DNA from: Lytechinus pictus
Taxonomy: Eukaryota
Length of the DNA: 64,000 nucleotides
Assembly (NCBI RefSeq): GCF_037042905.1
Contig: NC_087252.1
Location: 5,892,001-5,956,000, forward strand
Direction of reading: 5' to 3'
The translations under genes and the position numbers were made by a program. Below, piece after piece: positions 48,801 through 60,400 of this stretch. The notes beneath the pieces are model-generated. The model saw nothing but the letters and a program-made list of their open reading frames with translations. It did not search any database and was not told where the DNA came from. Position 1 is the stretch's first letter, and each line of letters starts with the position of its first letter.

Positions 48801-51800
48801 GTGGGAAATAAAGAGACGGATAGAGAGAAAAAAAGAGAGGGGATAGAAAGAGAGAGAAAGAGAGAGAGACAGAGATAAATTAAGATTGAAATGTATATTT
48901 AAAAAAAGACACAGGGAGATGGGAAGGGGGCTGCCTGACTGCCTTTTGTTACCATTACCCAACAATTACAACATACACACTTAAACAGAAAAGGAAATCA
49001 ATATACAAAATAAAACTCAAAAAATCAGACGAAAATTAAATCAAACATTGGATGTAATCTTCAAATAAAATTGTCATATACGAACATCAAAATATCCAAA
49101 TGGCACCCCCCTTCTTTTTAATAGGCCTAGCATCATTAACATATGGTAAAAATGCACCACGTGATCTATGCATTTGCCTTGAATTGTTAAAATATGTTTG
49201 GTACATTTCATCTTTTTTTTTTTTACAGAGATTGCGCACTCAATCTTTTTGCCTGCCAATATTTCTCTTGCCACGCTTGTGGCATTACATTCGAGACTAA
49301 TTCAATATCTTTTGGAAGCATCGGAATGGTGTAATGCTTCCCCTGGGGGTGAGATTAATCTTAATTCATAAACTTGTGAGGTGTAAGTGTTACCCTCCCA
49401 CGAGATACACTATTGGAAAGCTACAAATTGAAAGCCCCTGAGCCTCGGATGTGACAGGGTAGAAGGTAGAGAGAGGGAAAGAGAGAAATATGAGAGTAAA
49501 CAAGATTTAAAAGAGAGAGGGAGGTAGAGAGGGGTAATAAAACCTGCAGATAGATGAACGTGATAACATACGAGAAAGAATAACAATTGACAAATGTGGG
49601 AAAGAACATCAAAAAATTTTGGAAATAGTTGGCATAAATTGTTTACCAGTATAAGTAATTATTATATTAGCAGAATATATGGAATTTGCAACATTTGATA
49701 AAGCTTGAATATCAAAAGTTTACCTAAATTAAACGTCATTTGTGTGATTAAAAAATGATTATTTTCCATTTTTGTTTAAGTGATAGTAGCATTATATGTT
49801 TCATTTTGTTGTTCCTAATGTGTAGTCAATGTTATATCGTAACTCGACCGAAAGCTGAACGAAGTAGGGAGGGCAAGCAGAAGTGAATTCAACCCTTGAT
49901 AAATGCGCAAAAGTTGATTAATAAAATCACGTGTCGTTCAAGTGACCAATCAAGGGACAGCAGGTAACTAGTACCCTGGGAGGTGTTAGAATCTAATAAC
50001 TCCTTTACGCCTGAATCACTCCCCTTAGGCGTTATAAGGATTGACGTTATTACAGGCAGGTAAATCAGACATTCACACAGTCGCTGTCAACAGTGATTCG
50101 TGGTTTGACATACTCGTTATTTTGGCAGTCATGGCAAGCTGCCTTTTCCCTGTCATATTTCATCATCAAAATTCGTTATGTCTACAGCACATTGGAATTC
50201 GAAAGCTACCCTGAAATATAAAATGCAAAAAAAATGAGCTTGTCATGCAAGAAATTCAGCATTTATCAGGCTACTCGAAAATTGTCATCTGATGGACTCT
50301 TTTTAAGAGCTCTCTATTATTATCAAAATTATTTGCAAACCTTAAGACACTTCTCTGCATCGTTATCACTTTCAATTTTCATGAATACACATATAATACG
50401 TGAGAATTAATATTTCTTTATTATACTTCGATGCTTATGAAGTGTTATGTTGTCTGAAAACACTGTGTTTAATTGCATTGGCCATGCTGATTTTCTTTTC
50501 CAAAAAGGCATGTATTTTATTGTTTACCTGTTGGGGAGCCAACATCTGTGGGAATAATATATTCAAATTAAATATTAATGTGATGTTTTACTCACCGTGT
50601 ATGGAGTAAATAAATCTTGCGCTAGCATGTCTAGCCATCCATATTGTATCTCTGGTCTTTGTTGCTCCCCGATGGCGTACCATATACACGCCATCCAGTG
50701 AGAAACAAGAGTAAAGGCACACATGAGGAGGCACACAACGGCTGGAGCAAACTGAGAATACTGGTCTAAACGACGAGCAACACGTAGTAGTCTCAACAAT
50801 CGGGCTGTTTTTAACAAGCTCATTGCTGAGGTCGTTTTCTGCAAGTTGGGGAAAATGAATCAGATATTGGGAGGTGTTTAAATAAAATGGTATTTGAATC
50901 ATTTAGTACCAGTAATGATTAAAGAAATGACTGGTTTCAAATTGAGTCGATCTACCTTTACAAAAACAAATCACGTATTAAAATGATTATCATGATTAGC
51001 TTCATAGCTTTATTTCATTTACTGCTACTTTCGTTTAATATTCAATAATGATTTTTTTATCCATATGTAAGTTCCTGCATTGAAGTGTATCACTTCAAAA
51101 AATTACTCTTAGTATCATTGTTATGCGAATATAATATAATTTTCGCAATTAATTTCATTATTACGATTAAACCCCTTCTTGAATTGTCAAAGCCAGTAAG
51201 GGGGTGTTTCACAGAGGTTAGTGTTACTTATAGAGTCATGCTTAAATGCCGACGCGCACATGGTTATGTAACGCGCAATCTTATTGATTAATCGTGATTA
51301 ATATTCAGTAGTGAGCGTTCTTTTAGCATGATTTGACCAATTAAGTGATGCCTTTTTTACCGCACGCAATAGGAAATTTAAGTACGACTCTAAGTCGTAC
51401 TTATGAAAAACCACCTAGGAAAGACAAACCTCGTCTGCTGCAACAGAGAATAGAAGAAGATCAAAAGGGATGGCGGCGAGCACATCAATCACGAACCATC
51501 CCTTCAAGTAATGCTTGGCAATCTTGGCCGGGTTCGAGACGACCTCGCCGAGGGAGTCGTCGAGGAAGGTGGTTCTGAAGTTGATGAAGATATCGACAAT
51601 AAACATGACGTCGACCACCATGTCGATGAAGACCAATGGCTGGGTGTAGCTGGTGGAGAGACTGTCACCATCTCGGGTATCAGCATCTTTGTTAAGCTTT
51701 GCCTGATATAGCAGTGGAGAAGAAGAAACAGTATTTTAGAATTAAAAAAATAATGATATCAGGAAAATGAACAACATTACCATTTTAGCATAAAAAACAA

Positions 51801-54401
51801 CAAAGAAATTTGCGCAGATTTCCCCAATGAGTAGCCACTTCTCAGGACTTATAGCCATGAGTGGATTTGCGCCCTCTATCATGTCTCTATCAGTATATTT
51901 CCTAGCAAGTATGGCCGATAATAACCCGATTGCATTTCCATCACACCAAATTTTAACGAAAAGTATAAAAACGCACGCGCACCTTCACACCCGCCCAGCA
52001 GACACGCATGTACACAAAAGGTAGATGATAATTACGCTCTTCGATCATTTCTAACATATTACACTTGCTCACAGAAGGTAGATAACGATTTACTTGATTT
52101 ATTATGTTATTAATATATATATTATGCCTAAATCCTTGAGAAGGAGTTGACGACCTCTTATAGTGACACCACATTACAAATGAAGGTAATAATAATTATA
52201 AGCATACATAATAATATGTAATAGTTTTTATTTTTTCATATATATCTTACGGTTGAATCGACCTCAGGGCTTGCCCACATTTTGATTATCAGTTCGTGTA
52301 TTAAAGATAGACAATAGAAGTAGCATATTTGCTCTCCTCAATGCCACATTCCAGACACCACACCTTTTAAAGATCGTTTTCACTTGCCTTGGTCGCCAAA
52401 AATATGAAAAAAAATGAATAAAGTGCTAAATACGATTTAGCTGCCAAATCGTTTAATTGGAAACTTTTTTCCTAGATGATTTACAGAAATGTTATAAAGT
52501 TGCAAGATTCAAATGTTTTATTTCATTATACATTATACCAATTTCATATGCAGGCATGGGGGGGGGGGGGAACTGCGTATCACCTTACAACCACTCTTGC
52601 GTTATACTCCAATGAACTCACAGACAATTAATAAACAATGCCTACCTTGTTTTCATCATTTTTAAGTAGAAAAGCTGCTGAATATGGAGTAAAGATGGCT
52701 GTATAAACGACGAGGAGAAGTATAAACCAATCCCAAACTGCTTTGAAGGGTGAATAATGAAGGATAGTAAACTTGTGAAGCTGACGAACGCGAAGCTTCT
52801 TGTGGTTGATCTCATCTGATGTCAGTCGTAACACCTGGTGAAAGGATCATGAAGCAGAATACATTTAGGTTATAGTCACACCAACGAAACCGAATCCAAA
52901 CCGACCTACGACATGCAATTCGAAATAATGTAATAAACCTGTGGGCCGTTTCGTAAAGCTGTTCGTAAGTTAACACCGGTGATCCTTTCTTGTGGGAAAT
53001 GATATGTTCATTGGTTATTATTCAGTGCATAAGAAGGGTTCACCCGTCGTTCTTGAAGTCACTCTTAACTTAGGAACAGCTTTATGAAACACCCACCAGA
53101 TCCATCTCGAGTCCGTCTCGTTGGTGTGACCTTGGAATATCTAAATACTTAGGGGAAGGTGGGGTAAGTTGAGCATAGGGGCAAGTTGAGCCACCGCCCC
53201 CAGGCCAATAATGAATTTGTTAGACATTATGGTGGTGTCATGTATTGATGACCCATTACATAACCCTTAACCCCACCACATTGTTTTCAACTTTGAAACA
53301 AAAAGTACTTTTTTAGAGAGAAAAATACAAATTTCAGCCAAAAAAGTAAAAAAGGGTGTGAAATAGATAAGTGTTTTTTACACACACATATCTTTACATA
53401 TAATAAAGCATATGAACAACATTGTCAGTCCAAGTATGGATCTTCATTCTTGTCACAGTTTTTTACATGATGGATACATAAGAAATGTGTGGATGCGAAA
53501 TTATCGCATTAAGTTCGGACTGGGGTAAGTTGAGCCAGCAAACATGGGGCAAGTTGGGCCATGGTAATTCGTATGGTAATGTAAATGAAAACACAATCAA
53601 ACCTTAAAAAGCCATCGATATGCAGGCAGAAAAGAGCAAATTCACATGACAGTTCTTTTACTTTTAGAGAATGTTAGTATTTTTAGAGAATTAGCAAGTG
53701 AAAAGACTTTAAATAAAAAATTGACATGCTGGTTCTTCCCGCATACATTTTGTACATAGTTTTTGTGGCTCAACTTACCCTCGAAGGTGGCACAACTTAC
53801 CCCACAGATGGGGCAAGTTGTGCCACTTGACATCGTTTTTTTCAAAGGTCACAACGACTTTCAGTGTGGGGGTAGAAAGTTGAATATAGGTGAAAAAGAT
53901 TTCCCAATTATCATATTTAAAGGCAAGGTACTTATTTCTACAATATTATTAGTCATATCAATTCTATCATGCAAAATGCAAAAAGTGTCACAACTTACCC
54001 CGCCTTCCCCTACACGCTACATGAACATAGTCACAGACACACCATACTTGATTTTATATTTATTACTATTTATGAACAATTTTAGTTCACATGGTTTTGA
54101 AACTTTAGAACAATTGATTACAGAACAGGTTTTATTAATTCACATTTTCCACAGTATATAAATCAGATAAGACTTCCTAAATCGCAACAGTCAAAATTTT
54201 AACATGACCTACCCCTTATTGACATTGAGGTCTATTATGTTGATATCTCACTAATGACCAGCTTCAAAAATATACAAAATTATAGGTGTTATATGCAGCA
54301 GAATTTAGGTGTGGTTAAGTTCCAAACGATTGCTGAGCATGGTTTCCATAGCAACATCTTACCTCCGACTTATCGGTGGAGACATTTCTCTTTCGTCTCA
54401 T
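41815..54401 (-). CDS. KCNH2: Voltage-gated K+ channel, KCNH family, ERG subfamily (KCNH2/6/7-like), ~945 aa
   Basis: 10 in-frame exons plus start exon: 54401-54363, 52834-52646, 51702-51430, 50838-50596, 48736-48586, 47850-47642, 46807-46676, 45702-45582, 45110-44917, 44404-44170, 42866-41815. S1 [15 protein letters not shown]4 [16 protein letters not shown], pore TVGFGN, C-linker/[44 protein letters not shown]. The symbol denotes the ERG family; exact orthology is unresolved. Confidence 0.93.
44170..44404 (-). CDS. KCNH exon: C-terminal tail
   Basis: cag|[15 protein letters not shown]...[16 protein letters not shown]|gtgagc; phases 0-1 fit both neighbours. Confidence 0.8.
44917..45110 (-). 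CDS. KCNH exon: CNBHD part 2
   Basis: KNDVVGENF...VRALTYCDL...[20 protein letters not shown]. Confidence 0.92.
45582..45702 (-). CDS. KCNH exon: CNBHD part 1
   Basis: [41 protein letters not shown]. Confidence 0.92.
46676..46807 (-). CDS. KCNH exon: C-linker
   Basis: [44 protein letters not shown]. Confidence 0.92.
47642..47850 (-). CDS. KCNH exon: S6 and C-linker
   Basis: [19 protein letters not shown]...[24 protein letters not shown]. Confidence 0.92.
48586..48736 (-). CDS. KCNH exon: pore helix, filter, S6 start
   Basis: [46 protein letters not shown]. Confidence 0.94.
50596..50838 (-). CDS. KCNH exon: S4-S5-turret
   Basis: [23 protein letters not shown]...[11 protein letters not shown]...GWL. 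Confidence 0.93.
51200..51415. mobile_element. MITE
   Basis: Imperfect inverted ends ggggtgtttcacagag...acttatagagtc / gactctaagtcgtacttatgaaaaaccacc. Confidence 0.55.
51430..51702 (-). CDS. KCNH exon: S2-S3
   Basis: [24 protein letters not shown]...[20 protein letters not shown]. Confidence 0.93.
52646..52834 (-). CDS. KCNH exon: S1
   Basis: [57 protein letters not shown]. Confidence 0.92.
52876..53131. mobile_element. MITE with a second MITE (~52942-53096) nested inside
   Basis: Outer gtcacaccaacga / tcgttggtgtgac; inner gggccgtttcgtaaagctgttcgtaagttaa / ttaacttaggaacagctttatgaaacaccc. Confidence 0.65.
53152..54010. mobile_element. Non-autonomous DNA transposon with TA TSD
   Basis: TIR ggggaaggtggggtaagttg / caacttaccccgccttcccc flanked by TA; internal repeats of ggggYaagttgagcca in both orientations. 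Confidence 0.85.
54363..54401 (-). CDS. KCNH putative start exon (exon 54445-54363; ATG at 54401)
   Basis: Acceptor tcttgcag, donor gag|gtaag; [13 protein letters not shown] joins VLRLTSD in frame; in-frame TGA upstream of the ATG. Confidence 0.6.
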
Positions 54402-57400
54402 TGGGATAGATGTCCCGTCTCTCTTACCGCCAGAACATCAGAATTCTGCAAGAATAATATTAGCAAGAATTAAGTCAACTGAGCTAGGGTACTCGGCATA
54501 GAGAACATACTGGACAACAGGCATGATAAAGGGAATTCCTTGGTTATAATTGAGGTAAGCTAAAGGGGGTAAAATGGATGTTGGTTCACAAAAAAATTTT
54601 ACATATCTAATTTCGAGCATCTGACACTGACAACCCACCTCTATTCACATTTTGTGGTGGTGGCTTAGGTTTTATTTTTCAATTATCATTATTGAAAAGA
54701 AACATTAGTAAGAAACTAAAAGACCGAAGGACAAAGGTGCTGTAGACACCGTTCTCATTACGCTTTCTAAAACCTGGCAGCGACAAAATAATGTTTTTTT
54801 TTTTTAACAAATGGTACTAGACCACTGATTGGGGCTCGAATCCGGTCGCAGGATTGCTATTTTAACGGTTTACCAAATTAGTGCGCGCCTGTATTTAATA
54901 TTGCGGACATCTGATAATTTATTTCATATTTTATATAATTGTCATAACGAATTCGGGTAAATAAAAAATGAACTCCGGATTGAACGTGATGTAAATTTCT
55001 TATTTGTAGAAGATGATTCATTGTGTTACCAAAACTGTAAAAATGATGATTTGGAAAAAAACACAGGAATAATGGCACTTCAAAATGCACAAAGTAGCTA
55101 CTTAAATTCGGGGTTGAGTATGACTCTATAAAGTACTTGCGTGTTTGACATTGTATTGATAAACTACAGACATGACAGAGTCAACATTCTTGATCTACGC
55201 CAGGGCAAAAAAAGGCTATTAGGTTATTCAGAAACACTTGGTGAATCTTAAATTAGGAGAGAATCTGGTTCGGCAAAACACATATTCATATATTAATTTT
55301 AGAGGTGAACACCTGTTCTGATATTCTCAGGCTAAAATTATTGTTTTCATATTCGATGAATGAGTTTGAGCGATAGATGACGTCATTGGTTATGTTGGCA
55401 ATGGTTCAACGGCCTATTCGAATCATTAAACCGTGATCTGACAACATAGCTTGCACCTTCTTGACAACATTTCCCCACCGGCAAGGTGCACAGGAACAAC
55501 GATGAACAACATTCATCCATTATGTTGAACGGATTACACCAACACCTAACGTCGGTGACCTCATAATCCACCAGCTTGGTCACCTGCTCGACCGATCATT
55601 GTTGTTCTCTAGGCTGATTAACATTGCACTTTCCCTCTGCAAAGCCAAGAGAAGCAACCCGACGTACTCAAAGTATGCGCATCCTACTTGGCAAAACATG
55701 GACAATGATATTCCATAGGAAACACGTGTCGAGCACGATCTGAGTAAGAAATTAGGAGCACGCAGACACATCGCTGCTTTCAGGCTAACGCGGTCGCAAT
55801 GGTGACGCAAAGACAAGAGAAGCACACAACAAATGATTCCATACGTGTGCGGAAGTGTAAGTACGACCTGATCCGGCAAACCACCTACCACTTGCGAAAC
55901 GTACGAAAAAAAAAATAATAAAATAGGTTGTACAGCGGCCACAAAGAAGACTCAAACAGGTATCCGTATGGATGATATGTGACCACAACAACGCAAGCGT
56001 GCAAATCGCAGAAATATGCTCAGTATTGCAGTTTGCGATGCAAGTGCTTGCATATACGACCGATTGTGACCGCAAACTTGGACTTATCCATCTCACCCAG
56101 TCTAAGAATTTGTAAGCATCTAAAAAAAATTAGGAACACTCAATTCTAGTCCGTACAGCTAGGGCGTCTTTTCGAAAAAAAATATATATACATATAGATA
56201 TGCATGTATATATATATATTTGTATGATAAAGATTACATATTGTAAAGAATAGTTGACATCTGTCTGTCATAATTCATAAATGAAAAGCAATAATTGTCC
56301 AGAACAGTCACCTTTAGTATAGTAATATCCTTTTACAATATGAGTCCCTGATGACGTACGCATTAAAACAGGTATCTACTTCTAAATGTCCAATTTCAAA
56401 ATTCCAGCAACAAAAAACACATTCTAACAGCTAGAAAACAGCTAGAAAAAAACATATTGACTAAATTACAGTGCAAACCACCTTAATTCAATGAAGCTAG
56501 CCCTCGAATCAATTCAAACTACACATTTAAATTGTAGCTGCCAACATGCCCAAAATACATACAAGTCCATAAAGAGTACTTCGATGCACTATTGGTCGAA
56601 AGCTCGTCCTCAAGTTGCTAAAGAGGGAAACGCATCCGCTTCAAATTAAACTGAATTTGCAAACAATCCAATCAGCGCTATGTTTGGCACAAATTCATAG
56701 CAATTACAGCAACGCGCTGTACGATGTACGGTAGACTTGAGAAACAAAATGAAATTGAAGAATAACACAGGAAGCACTCATTGATTTGGGTGTTTGTGAC
56801 TACAGGTGTTGGCCAGATACTTGGGTTTTGTTCATCAAGAAACCCGTGGGAAATAAAATAACGAGTCGATTAGATGCGATCGTTATTGATAGAGATACAT
56901 TAGACATGCATATTGATCCGGCGTCTTAATTAGACGACTTTTTCAATATTTGGTTCGATTACATGACATTTTAATGGAAACGAACATAAGAGAGGTATGA
57001 ACGGGAGATTTTGCCAAATTTTAAAGACAGCACCTTGTAAGTTTCCCATTTTAGTTTTTTAATGTGATTCTTCATTTAACAGAACCCTATTTTAATTTCA
57101 CTTGTAATGCAAATGTATCACTAATGTGAGTATAAGAATGAATGATACAAGATGAAAACATATCGGAAATGAAACATTTGATTGGAATGAGTATGAGACG
57201 CCGTTTGCTTCGCAGCATAAATAATTCTGGTCAATATTTGCAATAAACTTTTATTTGTTAAGTATGTAGGAGGACCTGTTGAGAGATTTGTTTGCACGGC
57301 CAGCTAATTGAAGGTTTGTCACCAAACGTATTTTTTTCAGCATTATAAGTAACAATTGCTCTCATTCTTGGTAATCGTATAGGTAACTTGCCTGATTATT

Positions 57401-60400
57401 TAAGTTTATTAAATCAACTTCCATCACACTTTGCTTGCACTGTTCCACCTACTCCTTTAAAAATAGGTTGCATTCTGTGAAAATTATGCACATTCTTGTT
57501 GTCACCATGCGTGATAATAAGGGTCGCGTTTGAACACTTTTGCAAACGTTTAAAAATCTCTAGACCCTGATTGATGAATTGAACAATAACAGAATAACGA
57601 ATTATGAAGTTAATCAAGATATGTTATTCGGTTATAATTATATGAAATTGAAAAACTACATTTTGTTCCTCATAAAAAAAACATACATCATTTGCCAGGT
57701 ATTAGGTTAAGTAAAAAAGCCGCACATTGCCCAACTGTAAATTACATAATTATACTGCGGAAACTTAACGAAAAATAGGGATCAGCTGCAAATGTGCATA
57801 CATATTTGTTTTTAAGCCCACTCATACAAACTGATTAAGCAGAAGTAAATGAAAGATAACATACAGATTTTTTGAAAATTCCTTTTATCAAAATGTATTT
57901 TGTCTATTTTGGTGGCCGGTGTGTCATGTGACAATTACTAATTCGTGAGCTCGAGAAATAATTTTCTTCTTCATTTTGCATTCTGACTGAAGAGTGAATA
58001 CTGGTTTGCCAAAACATGAGCTAAAATTCGCATAATTTCCATTCTTATACACGTGTTGGACATTTCTCTAATTGTCCTACTGCTTTTGGGTGGACCTTCA
58101 ATTAAAGAGACACCTGAATTCCAATTACTGTTGTACTATCGACTTTCATTTTTGTTGTTAATATCCTCTCGACGAAAGAGAAAAATAAATTATTGCTTTA
58201 AGTTTCAAAGAAAATAGCCTGCTAACTTCAACTTTGAAGGTAGAAACGAACTATTACCATTCCCATGAAGTCTAAACAGACTGGTGTCGCTTACCTCCTC
58301 TCTGAACGGGCCTTATCTCGCTCATCTACCAGCGTTTATTTGCCAAGGCGATTCTATTTCTCGGGCTGAAAAGATTGATGACCAAACACCAGTCTTTCAC
58401 AGATTAAACCCTTCCAATTGGTGGCTTATTTCACTCGGGACTATCTATAGGTGTCCAAATGCATCCCTCTCATCTATCGCTCTAAACTAGTCTTCAGGTA
58501 AACAGACTTTTAGATTTGAACTTCATTTTCCATCGCAGTATCTTGAACCTAATTATTATTATTATTATTATTACAACTACTGTTACTGCTTCGCTTATGC
58601 ACTATCACAACTTCTACCATTTCATATATTACTGCAGGTAAACAAAAGCAGTGTCGCTGCTGCCACTAACAGCATTACTTACTTGGATTCTTCTACAACA
58701 AGAACTACTACTTCTAACAATGATGATAATAACAACAATAATGATAATAATATGTGGTAAAAATGAAAGAAGCGCCATCAGTTGTAAAGAGTGATTTAAA
58801 AAGTCATAAACGATAGGCAATTAATGAGATTAATACGAATACAAACTTCATACGCATATTACTAACTTTCGGCGGTATGAAAATAATATATATCTATTCC
58901 CTGCAAACATTTTCTAGCTTGAATAATTGTAGTTTTTTTTTATGGATAATGAAAGAGAGAGAGAAAGGGGGGGGTGGAAATTAAAAAATATTCTACGCAT
59001 GAACATACAAACGGTAAAGTCTGCACGAGTAGCCTAGAGGTTCTAACCAGGAAGCTGAAATGGATATGTCAGTAAGCAAACTAAGACTCCGTCCCCCTTC
59101 GCTCACGTAAATCGCCCAATTTACGAACACATGTGTCAACCAAGTCCTCCCCCATTTTCCCTTCGTCCCCCTGGAGGCCACTGTAGAATCCTGAGCTCCA
59201 GGCTTCGGACCGTTTACTTTCGTCATATAGTAGACTATCAACCCAGTCGTCACGTTTACTTTCCAAACATTATTTACGTTTCTGAATGCGAACGAGGAGT
59301 GTTCTGGTGGTATAAGAGGCTGGCAAACAATTAAATTTAGCATGTAGTATTTCATATCTAACGTAGATCGTTCTTATCAGTGAAATGCCACTGATTTCGA
59401 AAATCTCAGTCGTTTCCCCTCAACTTACTCTAACAATGCTTTCTTTCAGCATCCAAATGAGTCTCATTTCGTTTATATCTGCCTTATTCAGCTGACTGCC
59501 GTATATAAGCAATGATAAAATTAGCCTACTTTTCAAAAAGAGGGACAAATAGTACTCGAGACATACCACTATTCACGCATGAACGATATAAAGAAAATAA
59601 TTTTAATTTTAAGAAAAATATCAATAGAAATTACGAAAATGACGTAACATGTGGTTCCTACATCTTATTTTCAATTACAGAGGAAAAAACAAATTTGCAA
59701 CCTCACTAATAATGTAAAAGAATATGGTCATTCTATAACGAAGAGGAAAGGCCTTATATCAACATAAATACAAATAAAACTAATTTATGACAACAATGAT
59801 GAATAAAACAAACCCCATGTATGACATGTATGATGATAATGATATTATGTATAATTACTATGCGAATATCTGAGTTAGACAGTTAAAAAGTTCAAATATA
59901 TGTGTTTGCAAATGATTTCACGCTAGGGGCACACTATGTCACACGGTGCGTACATGAACTTTCCACTAGGGCTCATTCCCTTCTAAACTCCTTTGTTTTC
60001 TTTACGAATTGTTGTTTGTCCAGTTCCTTTCACATACAAAAAAATCGAAAAAATACTTTTTCTCTCGACCATTAGTGTCATCAGGCTTATTCCTTTGCCG
60101 AGCTCATTGTGATTTCTGAAATGGATGTTTAGCCCTCTTAGTAGACCATTTGGAGCACTTTGGACATAAAGTTAATTATACCTCGTATCCAAGAATTCGA
60201 AGTAAGGACCGATATCCGGTGGTGTATTATTCAAAATCTATTCTGACAATATTGGTCTTTTATCAAGGTTTTGGAATGGTTTGTATATGCCTGAATGGTC
60301 AAATGAGATGATGAGATTACCTTTTAATTTATCTATCTGTTTATTTATTTATTCAAACATCTTTCAACAGGATAAAACATTAATCGGCGCACAGGCTGCT

